Source of the DNA: Eledone cirrhosa
Taxonomy: Eukaryota
NCBI GenBank assembly: GCA_964016885.1
Contig: OZ024742.1
Coordinates: 338,768,001-338,832,000 of the forward strand
Length of the DNA: 64,000 nt
Reading direction: 5' to 3'
Part shown: one piece after another, positions 34,967-55,100 of the stretch
How the letters are laid out: every line of letters begins with the position of its first letter
How positions within the stretch are numbered: position 1 is the stretch's first letter
Notes under the pieces: generated by a model
What the model saw: the letters and a program-made list of their open reading frames with translations, nothing else
Database searches by the model: none
Told to the model about the DNA's origin: nothing
Translations under genes and position numbers: made by a program

Positions 34967-35592
34967 GTGCTACTGGTAACATGTATCCCAGTACAGCCTG
35001 TCTCATGGTCGGGTCATTGGCGACTAAACTGGCAACCCCACCAAGGTTTCTTAGTGAGGAGGGTGACTTTGGACATCCTGCAGGACTAAAAACAAAACCT
35101 GTCAAAAGGCAAAGGAGCTCTTAAGAGTCAATGGCCATCCAAAATTACCGGGAGAGATGACCCCCTTAGCCTTTGTCAAGGCAGAATTCTAGGAGAAGGA
35201 AAACTCTGATATAACACCTGCAACCCTGATGGTATCCAATGATGTTGACTTGTTCTTCTTTTTGGTAAATATCATCTTGGTTAAGAGAGTGGGACTGGCT
35301 TTGTGCAGTGCCTTTGCTCACTATAAAAGCTTCACGGCACAGGCATTGCTTTATATCTGGAGATCTCTCTGCACTTGTATACATGGGTGTGTATGTGTAT
35401 ACACACTTGTCGTCACATGGTACCATGGGCCCAGCAATATGTGTCAATAATTGTCACAAGTGCAGTGTTTGTACCAGAGTTTTCAAGTCGCTGGCGGGAC
35501 TAAAAAGCCACACTCGTTCAGCGCATCAGTAGGGGTTCTCCTACATGGATATGAAGTAGTGGCCGTACTCGAAAACGAGTTGGCAGCCACCA
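34967..35592 (+). mobile_element. Non-autonomous RTE-derived element, copy 2, retaining a C2H2 zinc-finger remnant
   Basis: RTE-like 5' part; 3' part encodes CSVCTRVFKSLAGLKSHTRSAH*; CTCG-AAAA-CGAG hairpin; (TATG)n tail. Confidence 0.65.
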
Positions 35593-35685
35593 TGTATGTA
35601 TGTATGTATGTATGTATGTATGTATGTATGTATGTATGTATGTATGTATGTATGTATGTGTGTGTGTATTAGTATATATGTATAT

Positions 35686-38051
35686 GTTTTCTCTTTCTCT
35701 TAATTTCGAGTATATTTTTTTGACCGGCCACCTTCCTGGTGGCAAGGTTGTAAAAGAAAAGAAATTGTCATCCCTTGAATCGCAAGAATGTTTTGCATAT
35801 TTTGAAGGTGCCAGCTATCGCAGCCATTTGTAGACTATGAATTAGGGAGCTGCGCTTTTTGTCCGCAAATCCAAGTTCGGTCATACTTTGGTCCAAGCGG
35901 GTTGGTATATAACCCGTAGCACCAATAATGATGGGTATGAAGCTAAAGGTGTATCTTGGATACTGGATTTGTAAGCTCCTCATCAATGGTCCGTAGATGT
36001 CCTCCTTCTCCTGTATTTTTCTGACAACGTTTACATCAAGTGGGCAGCTGATCTCCACAACAGAACACGTTTTCAATGTGTGGTCCCAAACTACAATATC
36101 AGGCCGGTTGTGCTTTAATTTGGTGGCAGTTTTTATTTTCAGGTTCCACCAGTATTCCTTAGTGCCATCTGTCTCAATATATTCTTCCTCGTTTGTTGTT
36201 AATTTTGTTTTCCGAAGTGCGTTCTAGATAGTTCTAGCTATCCCATCGTGTCTCATGGGGAGGTAGTAGCGAGATGACATTCTTTCGCAGCTGGCAACAA
36301 TGTGGCTTACATCCTCGATCTTTGTTTTACATAGCCTACATTTATTGTCAGCTGCTGGCCCTCCTCTTTTGTGCAGCAGATATTTGGTAGGGAGTTCTTG
36401 TTCCTGTATTGCATAGAGATATCCCTGAAGGTGTGATGTCATAAACTTGTCGGAACTCCATGCCAGGCTTTTTGAGTGGTTTATCCCCTCTATGGTCTGT
36501 GTTTTACGCCTCAAGTATCCATGCACAACTTTCTCTGTAAATTGGTCAATTTTTTTTTCTTGTTTGAACATTGAATAGGATCTTCCGATTTCTCTGGGTG
36601 AGAGATTTATATCAGGCTTTATTCCATATCTCTCCTCCAGATCAGTCGCTATTCTAATGATATTTCTTTTTTCATGCTCATAAACCTGAGCAAGATGGTC
36701 GCCAACCTTTTTCCTCTGTTGAAGGTGTTGCTTCAGTGTTACTATCCGGGTCTCATATGTTGTTAATATTGATTTTAGACCCCGGCCACCTTCCTTGCGT
36801 GAGAAGTATAGCCTATCCACATCACCATTGATGTTAAAGTTCCCAGTAACACTGAGAAGTTTACGAGTTCTAACATCCATCTCACTTAGTTCTTGCAATG
36901 ACCAGTTCAGTAGGCCAAATGTTGGCGTTATAATTGGCACAGCATAGGTATTGTGGGCAATGTATTTGTTGTATGCTGACAGTTCTGATGACCATATTTT
37001 TTTTACTCTTCTGAGGTATTCAGTTCTGGTTCTCTCCTTATTTATGGGTCCATCATATCTGACATTCTCATCCTGTCCAAGATATCTGTAGTTGTCACCT
37101 GACTGCAGAGGTTGTATTGTCAGGCCGTTCATATCTAGATTTCTAGAGGAGGGCACAGCTCTTCCACGTTTTACTGCCAAATATGCACACTTGGACTCAC
37201 CAAATTTCATTTTGATGTCGGTTGAAAATTGTGTAATGAGGTCCAATTGTTTCTTGATGTCATTGATATTTGGCCCATACAACTTCAGGTCATCAACAAA
37301 GAAAAGATGGGAGATACTTCTGGGCCCACTTCTTTGTCCACCTTGTTTCCTGAGTAGGTAAGATAGTGGATTCAGTGAGAGAACGAAGAGTAGTACTGAC
37401 AAGCTATCACCCTGAAAGATGCCCTTCTGGTAATGTATCCTATCAGTCTTAACCTGCTCCTTCTCACCTCTAAGGATCAAATTGGTGTACCAGTTCTTGG
37501 TCAGGCGTTCAACAGCAGCTACTAATGGTTGTGGGACTTTAGCTAACTGTAAAGCCTTAATAATCCACCCATGAGGTACACTATCAAATGCTTTTTGATA
37601 GTCCAGCCACACGACAGTCATGTTTCTGCGATTCTTTGTTGTTTTTTCCTGAATCATTTTGTTAGTTAGTAGGTGATCTATGCAACCCCACACCTCCCTC
37701 TTTCCACCAGCTTGCTCAGGTGTTATGATGTTGTTGGTAGCACAGTGATCCTGTAAGAACAGGTTAAGGCACCCAGTATATAATTTATACATGATGTTTT
37801 GGCAGGCAATTGGGCGGTAATTTTTAGCAAGGGTGGTTTGGCTATTTTTGGGAATGAGGAGAGTAGTGGCAGTTGATAACCATCTGGGCAGTTCTTGTGT
37901 GCCCTTAATGGTTTCTGTAAACAGCCGTATGAGATCTTGCCGATAGAAAGTGAAATTCTTCAACCAGTATCCTGTAATGAGGTCTGGGCCTGGCGATTTC
38001 CTATTCGACATTTTCTGTAGAGCTGTTTCCAGTATTGACCCATCTATGTCA
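35686..38051 (-). mobile_element. R4-like family C, 5'-truncated copy 2 (RT and RLE; TGG to TAG at 36224-36226)
   Basis: [43 protein letters not shown]. Confidence 0.9.
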
Positions 38052-38097
38052 TATATATATGTATGTATATATGTATGTATGTATATATGTATGTATG

Positions 38098-39348
38098 TTC
38101 TTCTGGTTTTATAATTTCACAAAGTTTTGCCAATAGAGAGAGAGAGTCGGTTTCTAACATAGACACAAGACTCTCTCATTGGAATTTACACAACATCAAC
38201 TAAGTAGATATGTATGTATGTCTGCATGCATGCATGTGTAGATATGGATGTTATTGTATGTGTGGATGTGTATGTTTTGAGTTGTATGCGTGCATGTGTA
38301 TATGCTTTGTATCTGTACATGTGTATATGCAGTTATTAGATGCAAAACGTTTGGAATGTTTTACATATTTTTACTGTTCCACGGATGGATTGTACTTGTA
38401 ATTTCCTAACTAGTTGTGTTCTTTCTGTTCCTGTGAAGCCTAGCTTCTTAAGATTTGTATTGAGGCAGTTACTAACATATCCCAGTGCCCCAATAATCAC
38501 AGGCATAAATCTGAAGGTGTAATCAGGGTGGAGTATCTGCAGATTTCTCATCAGTTCTGCATAAATATTCTCCTTTTCACTAATCTTTGATATTATATTG
38601 GCATCTGCTGGGCAGCTAATTTCCACTACTGTGCATGTTTTCCTCTCCCTGTCCCATATCATATCTGGTCTGTTATGCCTGCATTTTATTGGGGTTTTTA
38701 CTGGAACATTCCACCAGTACTCTTTCATATTATGTACATGGATGTCTTCCACATTGTTGTAGCTTTTAATGTGTTTATCATCGGGGCTATCTTTTTTACG
38801 AACTGCATTGCACAATGTTTTGGCCACTACATCATGCCTCACAGGTAGATAGTACCGCGATGACATCTTTGGGCAGCTGCTGATGACATGGGTGATATCC
38901 TCGATGTTAGTTCTGCAGAGTCTGCACTTGTTATCACATCTAGGTGTTTTGCCTGCATCCCTATCTCTTTTGTAAATCAGGTATTTCGTGCTAATCTCCT
39001 GTTCTTGGATTGCAAAAGCGTATCCTTCAAAGTGGGAGCCAATATAGCGGTTGTTGGTCAAAGATAGACTACTTTCCTTATCTATATTACTCTCACTCTG
39101 GAGCTTCCTGGCAACATATCCATGCATGAATTTTTGCTAAGTATGCAGTTTTTCACCCATGGATTCACTGCGATACTGCTGAGCGACATCCCTGGGTGTG
39201 AGTTTTTGATTATCACACATGGAATATCTCTCAAGGAGTTCCTTCCCAACTCTCATGATCTTATCTGTTTCATGCAGATAGACTTGCTCGAGAAGCGGGC
39301 TCCTACGCTTCGAGGTTCGTAGATGTTGTCGGAGATATATGATGCGAC
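38098..39348 (-). mobile_element. R4-like family D, 5'-truncated copy 2 (zinc knuckle and RLE)
   Basis: AIQEQEI, CRLC..EDITHVISSC, RHD, RPD, VEISCP; TATG-rich flanks. Confidence 0.88.
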
Positions 39349-39754
<406 letters not shown>

Positions 39755-40541
39755 TGCCAGTGAGCTGCTTGCTGATTGCAACAAGTGGACATTACAACAA
39801 AGAAATCGAGAAACAAGAATAACATTACTGTAAAGATGGAGGAAGAAGATAAGAAAAAAAACAAAACAGAAACAAACGAAATAACAGCAGCTGCAACAAC
39901 AACTAACATAGTTACTAGAGATACATAAACTACCACCTCTACCACTACCACAACTACAACCTCTACCACCACTACTACCAGTACCACTACCACCACTACT
40001 ACCACCAGTACTACCACCAGTACTACTACAACAACAAACATAGCTACTAGAGCTACATAAACTACCACCTGTACCACCAGTACCACTACCACCAGCACCG
40101 CTACCACCAGCGTCACTACCCCCAGCACCACCACCAGCACAACAACACCCCCTCATCTCCCACCACCACGAACAAATCTGTCTGTCTATCTAATTTAATA
40201 CCATAATACCAACAGAAATACTTACTTTTCTGCTGCACGAGCCGACAATTTTACGTGGTACACTTAAGTTAAATCGTGTGAAACAGTCGGTCTAAAAGCT
40301 GATGAGGTATAACAATGTTTGTGTGATCTTGTATCGTCTGTTTTCTTCCTTTTATTCTTTCGTCCTATCAGTTCTGCACACCAACACACTTCTAGCCGCC
40401 AATTTCTATTAAGGTAAATTTTACCCAACGCTGCCATTGACGGCATTTTGCTGTTTCAACAGCTTCCTTGCGTTGAGTTCTCATTATTCGACGAATTCTA
40501 ATACACTTGCGCTCCAACTCGATATTTGAGATAACTTTGTT

Positions 40542-40775
<234 letters not shown>

Positions 40776-41829
40776 CCCTAGCTCCTCTTTCTATCATCTT
40801 CGTGGACATTTTAGAAGTGTCTTTTGTCTACTATATAATAAAACCCTCTTGCATTTTAAACTATATTTTTTAATATTGGGCATTTTTATGTTTCGCAAAC
40901 AATTCCTTATTTTTTCACTTTTTATTTTGTATGTAGTCCTCATCCTTAGGACTCATGAAGTTTTGACTTATATATTTATAGCATATATCTATTAAATGAT
41001 CCTATTACAATAATTGATCTAAAACATTAATTTTTAACAATATTTTCAGTAACTTATTTACTATATTGTATTATGTTATGTATATTTGAGAGGTCTCATC
41101 TTAAGTCTTTAGTCAATATAATCTTTGTGTATTTTTTTGATAAACGCATATATGTAATTTAAAATTCAGACCTTCTTAAGTTTAATTATAAGGCCTGTTG
41201 ATCCTTTAGGCACTCAAATTGTCAATATTATGTAAAGTTTACCTTCGTGAGGTTGTAAAAACATTATGTTTTCTTTCTCGTGTTTGTAAATCCTTTAAAT
41301 TTGATTTCATAAAATGTGATTTTAGAAATTAAATTTGATAGTATACTTTAATATTAATACAGATAGTTATTAACTTTTAAAACCTAAAATATTATTCATT
41401 ACTCTGAACTAACTTAAATTAAATATTTTGAATGTTAACGGTCAACCAGATATGTTTAGATATATATTGTATATATGGATAATTGTCTAAAGACTTGAAC
41501 ATAAGTTATTCCTCTTTATCTCTCTCTCTGTAATCAACTCTCCTTTGTTTTTCTAGGCTCCTACTAACTATATTATCCCCTCATCTGTTTCTTCCTCTAT
41601 GCTTTTCTTTTCTTTCCTCTTTCTTCAGTAATTTAAATTATTTAACAGTTATATTGTTGTCAAGTATTTTTTAAGCTTTCTAACACGCACCCTCTCTATT
41701 GTATGTATTATATATTTTTCTTATGTTCTCAATATTAAGGTATATAAATATTGAGTTTTGTCATATATTACTCACTACCATGACTGAATCTTAACCATCT
41801 ACTATGTCAGGGTATGTCATGCATCATCT

Positions 41830-41896
41830 TATTTTATCTGATGAGGACGTACTGTTGAAGTTAACTCAGTACCTCTGAAATATGTATAATAAAATA
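41830..41896 (+). ncRNA. Minimal type I hammerhead ribozyme motif
   Basis: TATTTTAT-CTGATGA-GGACGTACTG..CAGTACCTCT-GAAA-TATGTA-TA-ATAAAATA: 8-bp stem I, ~10-bp stem II with one mismatch, AUA triplet. Confidence 0.65.
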
Positions 41897-41936
41897 TACT
41901 TGATCACAAGAATATCTATTTTGTTAATATTTTGAA

Positions 41937-41979
<43 letters not shown>

Positions 41980-42304
41980 TGTTATACTTCGGGAAGGTCA
42001 TGCTGCCATTAAAAACACACTTCAATTTATTATAAGTTTCCGGTTGGTTCGATAACAGGAAGGTTGTTTATATATTGTCAAAGCTCTTTGGTCACACATT
42101 CTGTGACCTCTTCAGTCTCTAGGTTTTTATGTTGTGTCTCTCCTTTGTTTTGTCCTACACCATCTTGTTTTGTGTTTTTATTGGCAGCGTGACCCTCCAA
42201 AAGTATAACAATACCTGTTTCAACACACCTTTTCAGATAAGAAATCCCGCAAAACAAATTCACAAACGAATTATATATGTATATACATATATATATATAT
42301 ATAC

Positions 42305-42380
<76 letters not shown>

Positions 42381-42385
<5 letters not shown>

Positions 42386-42463
42386 TCCGAGCTGAAGATC
42401 CGCATACGTTGAAACATTTGTTCTCGGTATGGTGAAATAACTGTTGTGTTACTACTAAATATA

Positions 42464-42510
<47 letters not shown>

Positions 42511-42719
42511 AAACTTATAGCCTCGTTTAAATGAATCATTAGATAAAATATATACAGTATTTCCTCTCCCAATCAGCATAAATTAACCATACAAAAAATC
42601 ATTTAAACGAGGCTATAAGTTTAAAATATATATATATATATTTAGTAGTAACACAACAGCTAATTCACCATACCGAGAACAAATGTTTCACCTTATGCGG
42701 ATCTTCAGCTCGGACTCAT
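42381..42719. repeat. Fold-back (inverted repeat) element with a hammerhead motif in each arm
   Basis: Arms ~42381-42534 and ~42599-42719 are reverse complements apart from (TA)n length; motif CCGAG-CTGAAGA..GAAA-CATTTG-TT-CTCGG at 42387-42427(+) and 42673-42713(-). Confidence 0.75.
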
Positions 42720-42817
42720 ATATATATATACACATATATCCTACTATTCAGAGTAGAAGAAGCTTGAAAAGGTTACAAGTTAAAATCGCTGGAGATCGCG
42801 GTGTGACCTCTACCTCA

Positions 42818-49323
<6,506 letters not shown>

Positions 49324-49358
<35 letters not shown>

Positions 49359-49645
49359 GCATACATAAATGAAGCATGAAAACATACACTGATGCATACA
49401 TATATGCATACATGCATACATGCATACATACATATATATACACACATAAATACATCCATACATACATACACATATACATACATACATTTATCCATCCATC
49501 CATACATTCATACATACATACACACATAAAACACACACACACACATACATACATACACACATACACACATACATACATACACACATACATACATACACAC
49601 ATACATACATACATACATATATACATATATACATACATCTATACA
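49324..49645. repeat. (TA)/(CATA)/(CA) microsatellites
   Basis: Direct reading. Confidence 0.9.
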
Positions 49646-50022
49646 TAATTATTCTTGAGCAGTTATGTGGAATCATTCCATGTATACGCCTATTTCTAGT
49701 AGATACTATTTACACTTGAGCCGACCAATAATATCATGGAACATTTAGTGTTCTTTCTGTTCAAAACGGCGTGTAATTATGTCAACGTTTCCATTATTGC
49801 AGGTAGCCATTTTGTTTTTGTTTTTCTTTGCCCACGCTTTCTTTCTTTCTTTCTTTCTCCGTTTTTCTTTCTTTCTTTCTTTCTTTCTTCGTTTTTACTC
49901 TGTCGCTCTCCATTTTTTCTGTTGCTTACTTTTGCATGTTTAATTTTCACCTTTTGTTTTTATTCATTCGAATTTTCTTTTTTCTTTTCTCCTCTTGTTT
50001 TTCTTTCTTCGATCTCATCCAC

Positions 50023-50148
50023 CTTCTTCTTCTTCTTCTTCTTCTTCTTCTTCTTCTTCTTCTTCTTCTTCTTCTTCTTCTTCTTCTTCTTCTTCTTCTT
50101 CTTCTTCTTCTTCTTCTTCTTCTTCTTCTTCTTCTTCTTCTTCTTCTT

Positions 50149-50213
<65 letters not shown>
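50023..50213. repeat. Compound (TTC)n(TTA)n microsatellite
   Basis: Direct reading. Confidence 0.95.
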
Positions 50214-50435
50214 AACATTTTCTATTAAATATTAATCTATGAGAAAATAAAAAAAATAGAAAAAAATAAAGACACCGTATCTCATAATTACTCTTCCAGT
50301 TCAACATTATATAACATGTCACAGCATACATAAACTAATTCTCTATATTAGATATATATATCCGTATGTAGTTGATGGCTGAGAGAAAAGAGTATTCAAT
50401 ATCAAAGTAGAGTTTTAATATATATGTTATTTAGA

Positions 50436-50542
50436 CTAAATAGTGAATCTTGTTATTCTGGAGTTTCGCCTGTTTATCACAAGATCATCCCTGAGATAAT
50501 AAACAGGCGAAAAACTCCAGTGTAACAAGACTCACCATTTAG
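50436..50542. repeat. ~105-bp imperfect palindrome (MITE-like)
   Basis: CTAAATAGTGAATCTTGTTATTCTGGAGTTTCGCCTGTTTAT pairs with ATAAACAGGCGAAAAACTCCAGTGTAACAAGACTCACCATTTAG. Confidence 0.75.
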
Positions 50543-52199
50543 CCTTAATAAAATCTCTTTCTCTCTCTCTTACTCCCCCCTTCTCTCTCTATATATATAT
50601 GTATATATATATCCTTTATTTTGCCCCTTTCTTTTGCTATGTAAATATTCAATTGTTAATGATATGCCTAGCTGCAAGTTGAGAATTTAACTATTTCTGT
50701 TAACTAATTCTCTATACAAAAGATATTTAACATATGATTCACTTATCTGTTCTGATGTCCTCTATTTTGCTCGTTCTTTGCTATGTATATATTCTATTTT
50801 TAGTTAACTGACAGGCTGTTATAGTCATGATCATATTAGGCGACCTATAAAGCGAGAACAATTAGGAAAAATCACCAACATGGCAACGATGAACTGAACT
50901 CTATGACAGAGGTTGTCTTCATTTAAGGGTTTGTGTTAGTTGTAGTGATAAAGTGATATAAATTTAAATCAGTCAGGAAGGGTCACAATGATTGACTGAT
51001 CTTTATTTGAGAAACTTTGCTCCATCCGAACATCGCAGCTTGAATATTTGGGGTTAATCTGAGGGGACAGCAAAATGCTAGATAGTATTACAATCTTCCC
51101 GTTCCGCATCTCGGATGCGACAGACAGATAATTTATCCAGCAACAATCTGGGGAATTCAGTGACAGATATAAGTTTCATGCTGCTTTTTGATAGGTTTAC
51201 CATCGAATCTATAGCGGTAGAAACTTCTGACGCCGTGGGTCTTCGAAACACCTTCCAACCCGTTGCTTTCGGGACGGAGTTGGCCATCACCAAGAATGTT
51301 CTCGCGAGTTTAAATTGTTCCTTCAGAGTATCTCTCTTGATATTCTCTGGGGGCGCCGCTTTCGCAATTTTGTCAACAGGGATCATGCAGAAACGTTCAT
51401 CTGAGGTTTTGCAGACAACCTTTAATTGGTTAATTCGTGATGTTTGGTAGTTGAGCATGCGGTTTACGCCAGGGTGTGTCTGTATTCCCAGAATTTTCGT
51501 TGGGGATATAAGTTAGAGAATATTTTTGGTGGTTATGCTGATTATTTGTGAGTGTAATACAAATTAACAAATGGGATAGTAGTCGCTGCAGAGTAATATA
51601 GAAACTATGTAATACCACAACTTCAGCTTGATGAAGTCGGGAAGGGGTGGGGTATGGTTTTGAAGATTTTAAGATTATGATTTACATTTGCTTGAGGTTG
51701 TGGATAGCATGAGTTTGGTTTAGATTTGTTTACGTTCTAGTTAAAGTAAATTACGGCCTTACATATAAACATCTACATATAAACATCTGACAAAATTATG
51801 TGATGAATAAGACAGGGATGATTACGAAAGAACACCAAAGTGTCTTCCCAAGATTGATTGAACACGTCAATGAAAATCATCTTCATTCAAATATTTGTTT
51901 GGGTCTCTGGATAAAGTGTCGCAAACTTAATTTATTCAGGACACGCCATGACAATGTAAAGGTGATGTTCAGTTGAGATGAACAGTGCATAAAACATTTC
52001 TGAGGATGTTTTGAACAAATTGGCTGCATATCCGAACAGTCTTCATTTCTTTTAGACTTCCTCACCATTGTACTAGAAACCTTCCTGGATATTATCTATA
52101 TTACTGGCTTGTCCGTGGTCACTAAAACATGTTTATTAGTACTCTTACTGAAGATTTTTGTTTTCTGTCATACACCGCGTCACCATAACAAAGTACCGT

Positions 52200-55100
52200 A
52201 ATGTTAGTCACCAGAACAAGGTGTACCATAAATTGTACTGATACACTCACTGACCTAATCCTAGTCACCATAACAAGGTACATGATAAATTGTACTAGTA
52301 CCCTCACTAGCTTACCCTTAGTCAACAGAACAAGGTGTACCATAAATTGTACTAGTACCATCACTAACTTACCCTTAGTCACCATAACAAGGTGTACCAT
52401 AAATTGTACTAGTACCCTCACTAGCTTACCCTTAGTCAACAGAACAAGGTGTACCATAAATTGTACTAGTACCACCACTAACTTATCCTTAGTCAACAGA
52501 ACAAGGTGTACCATAAATTGTACTAGTACCATCACCAGCTTACCCTTAGTCAACAGAACAAGGTGTACCATAAATTGTACTAGTACCATCACTGACTTAC
52601 CCTTAGTTAACAGAACAAGGGGTAACATAAATTGTACTAGTACCATCAATGACTTACCTTTAGTCGCCAGAACAAGGTGTACCATAAATTGTACTAGTAC
52701 CATCACTGACTTACCCTTAGTTAACAGAACAAGGGGTACCATAAATTGCACTAGTACCATCAATGACTTACCTTTAGTCGCCAGAATAAGGTGTACCATA
52801 AATTGTACTAGTACCATCACTGACTTACATTTAGTCGCTAGAACAAGGTGTATCATAAATTGTACTAGTACCATCACTGACTTACCTTTAGTCGCCAGAA
52901 TAAGGTGTACCATAAATTGTACTAGTACCATCACTGACTTACCCTTAGTCACCATAACAAGGTGTACCATAAATTGTACTAGTACAATCACTGACTTACC
53001 TTTAGTCGCCATAAGAAGGTGTACCATAAGTGGTACTAGTACCATCACTGACTTACCCTTAGTCAACAGAACAAGGTGTGCCATAAATTGTACTAGTACA
53101 ATCACTGACTTACCTTTAGTCACCATAACAAGGTGTACCATAAATTGTACTAGTACCATCACTGACTTACCCTTAGTCACCATAACAAGGTGTACCATAA
53201 ATTGTACTAGTACAATCACTGACTTACCTTTAGTCGCCATAACAAGGTGTACCATAAGTGGTACTAGTACCATCACTGACTTACCCTTAGTCAACAGAAC
53301 AAGGTGTACCATAAATTGTACTAGTACAATCACTGACTTACCTTTAGTCACCATAACAAGGTGTACCATAAATTGTACTAGTACCATCACTGACTTACCC
53401 TTAGTCAACAGAACAAGGTGTGCCATAAATTGTACTAGTACCATCACTGACTTACCGTTAGTTGCCAGAACAAGGGGTACCATAAATTGTACTAGTACCA
53501 TCACTGACTTACCTTTAGTCGCCAGAATAAGGTGTACCATAAATTGTACTAGTACCATCACTGACTTACCCTTAGTAAACAGAACACGGTGTACCATAAA
53601 TTGTACTAGTACCATCACTGACTTACCCTTAGTCACCATAACAAGGTGTACCATAAATGGTACTAGTACCATCACTGACTTACCCTTAGTCACCATAACA
53701 AGGTGTACCATAAATGGTACTAGTACCATCACTGACTTACCCTTAGTCAACAGAACACGGTGTACCATAAATTGTACTAGTACCATCACTGACTTACCCT
53801 TAGTCACCATAACAAGGTGTACCATAAATCGTACTAGTACCATCACTGACTTACCCTTAGTCACCATAACAAGGTGTACCATAAATTGTACTAGTACCAT
53901 CACTGACTTACCTTTAGTCGCCATAACAAGGTGTACCATAAATTGTACTAGTACCATCACTGACTTACCCTTAGTCAACAGAACAAGGTGTGCCATAAAT
54001 TGTACTAGTACCATCACTGACTTACCCTTAGTCAACAGAACAAGGGGTACCATAAATTGTACTAGTATCATCACTGACTTACCCTTAGTCAACAGAACAC
54101 GGTGTACCATAAATTGTACTAGTACCATCACTGACTTACTTTTAGTCGCTAGAACAAGGTGTACCATAAATTGTACTAGTACCATCACTGACTTACTTTT
54201 AGTCGCTAGAACAAGGTGTACCATAAATTGTACTAGTACCATCACTGACTTACCCTTAGTCACCATAACAAGGTGTACCATAAATTGTACTAGTACCATC
54301 ACTGACTTACCCTTAGTCACCATAACAAGGTGTACCATAATTTGTACTAGTACCATCATTGACTTACCCTTAGTCAACAGAACAAGGTGTGCCATAAATT
54401 GTACTAGTACCATCATTGACTTACCCTTAGTCACCATAACAAGGTGTACCATAATTTGTACTAGTACCATCACTGATTTACTTTTTTTAGTCGCTAGAAC
54501 AAGGTGTACCATAAATTGTACTAGTACCATCACTGACTTACCTTTAGTCGCTAGAACAAGGTGTACCATAAATTGTACTAGTACCATCACTGACTTACCT
54601 TTAGTCGCTAGAACAAGGTGTACCATAAATTGTACTAGTACCATCACTGACTTACCTTTAGTCGCTAGAACAAGGTTTACCATAAATTGTACTAGTACCA
54701 TCACTGACTTACCCTTAGTCAACAGAACAAGGTGTACCATAAATTGTACTGATACACTCACTGACCTAATCCTAGTCACCATAACAAGGTACATGATAAA
54801 TTGTACTAGTACCCTCACTAGCTTACCCTTAGTCAACAGAACAAGGTGTACCATAAATTGTACTAGTACCATCACTAACTTACCCTTAGTCACCATAACA
54901 AGGTGTACCATAAATTGTACTAGTACCCTCACTAGCTTACCCTTAGTCAACAGAACAAGGTGTACCATAAATTGTACTAGTACCACCACTAACTTACCCT
55001 TAGTCAACAGAACAAGGTGTACCATAAATTGTACTAGTACCATCACCAGCTTACCCTTAGTCAACAGAACAAGGTGTACCATAAATTGTACTAGTACCCT

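Noticed and set aside
33873-35105. 410-aa ORF apparently fusing a novel N-terminus to RT
   Set aside because: Chance read-through from the antisense RTE-derived element across (TACA)n into a 5'-truncated family C copy
39775-40170. Thr-rich or Gly/Val-rich ORFs
   Set aside because: Cryptic (ACC/ACT)n simple repeat with in-frame stops in the Thr-rich frame; no domain evidence
40275-40310. Possible hammerhead (GAAACAGTCGGTC...CTGATGAG)
   Set aside because: Stems I and II cannot be formed convincingly
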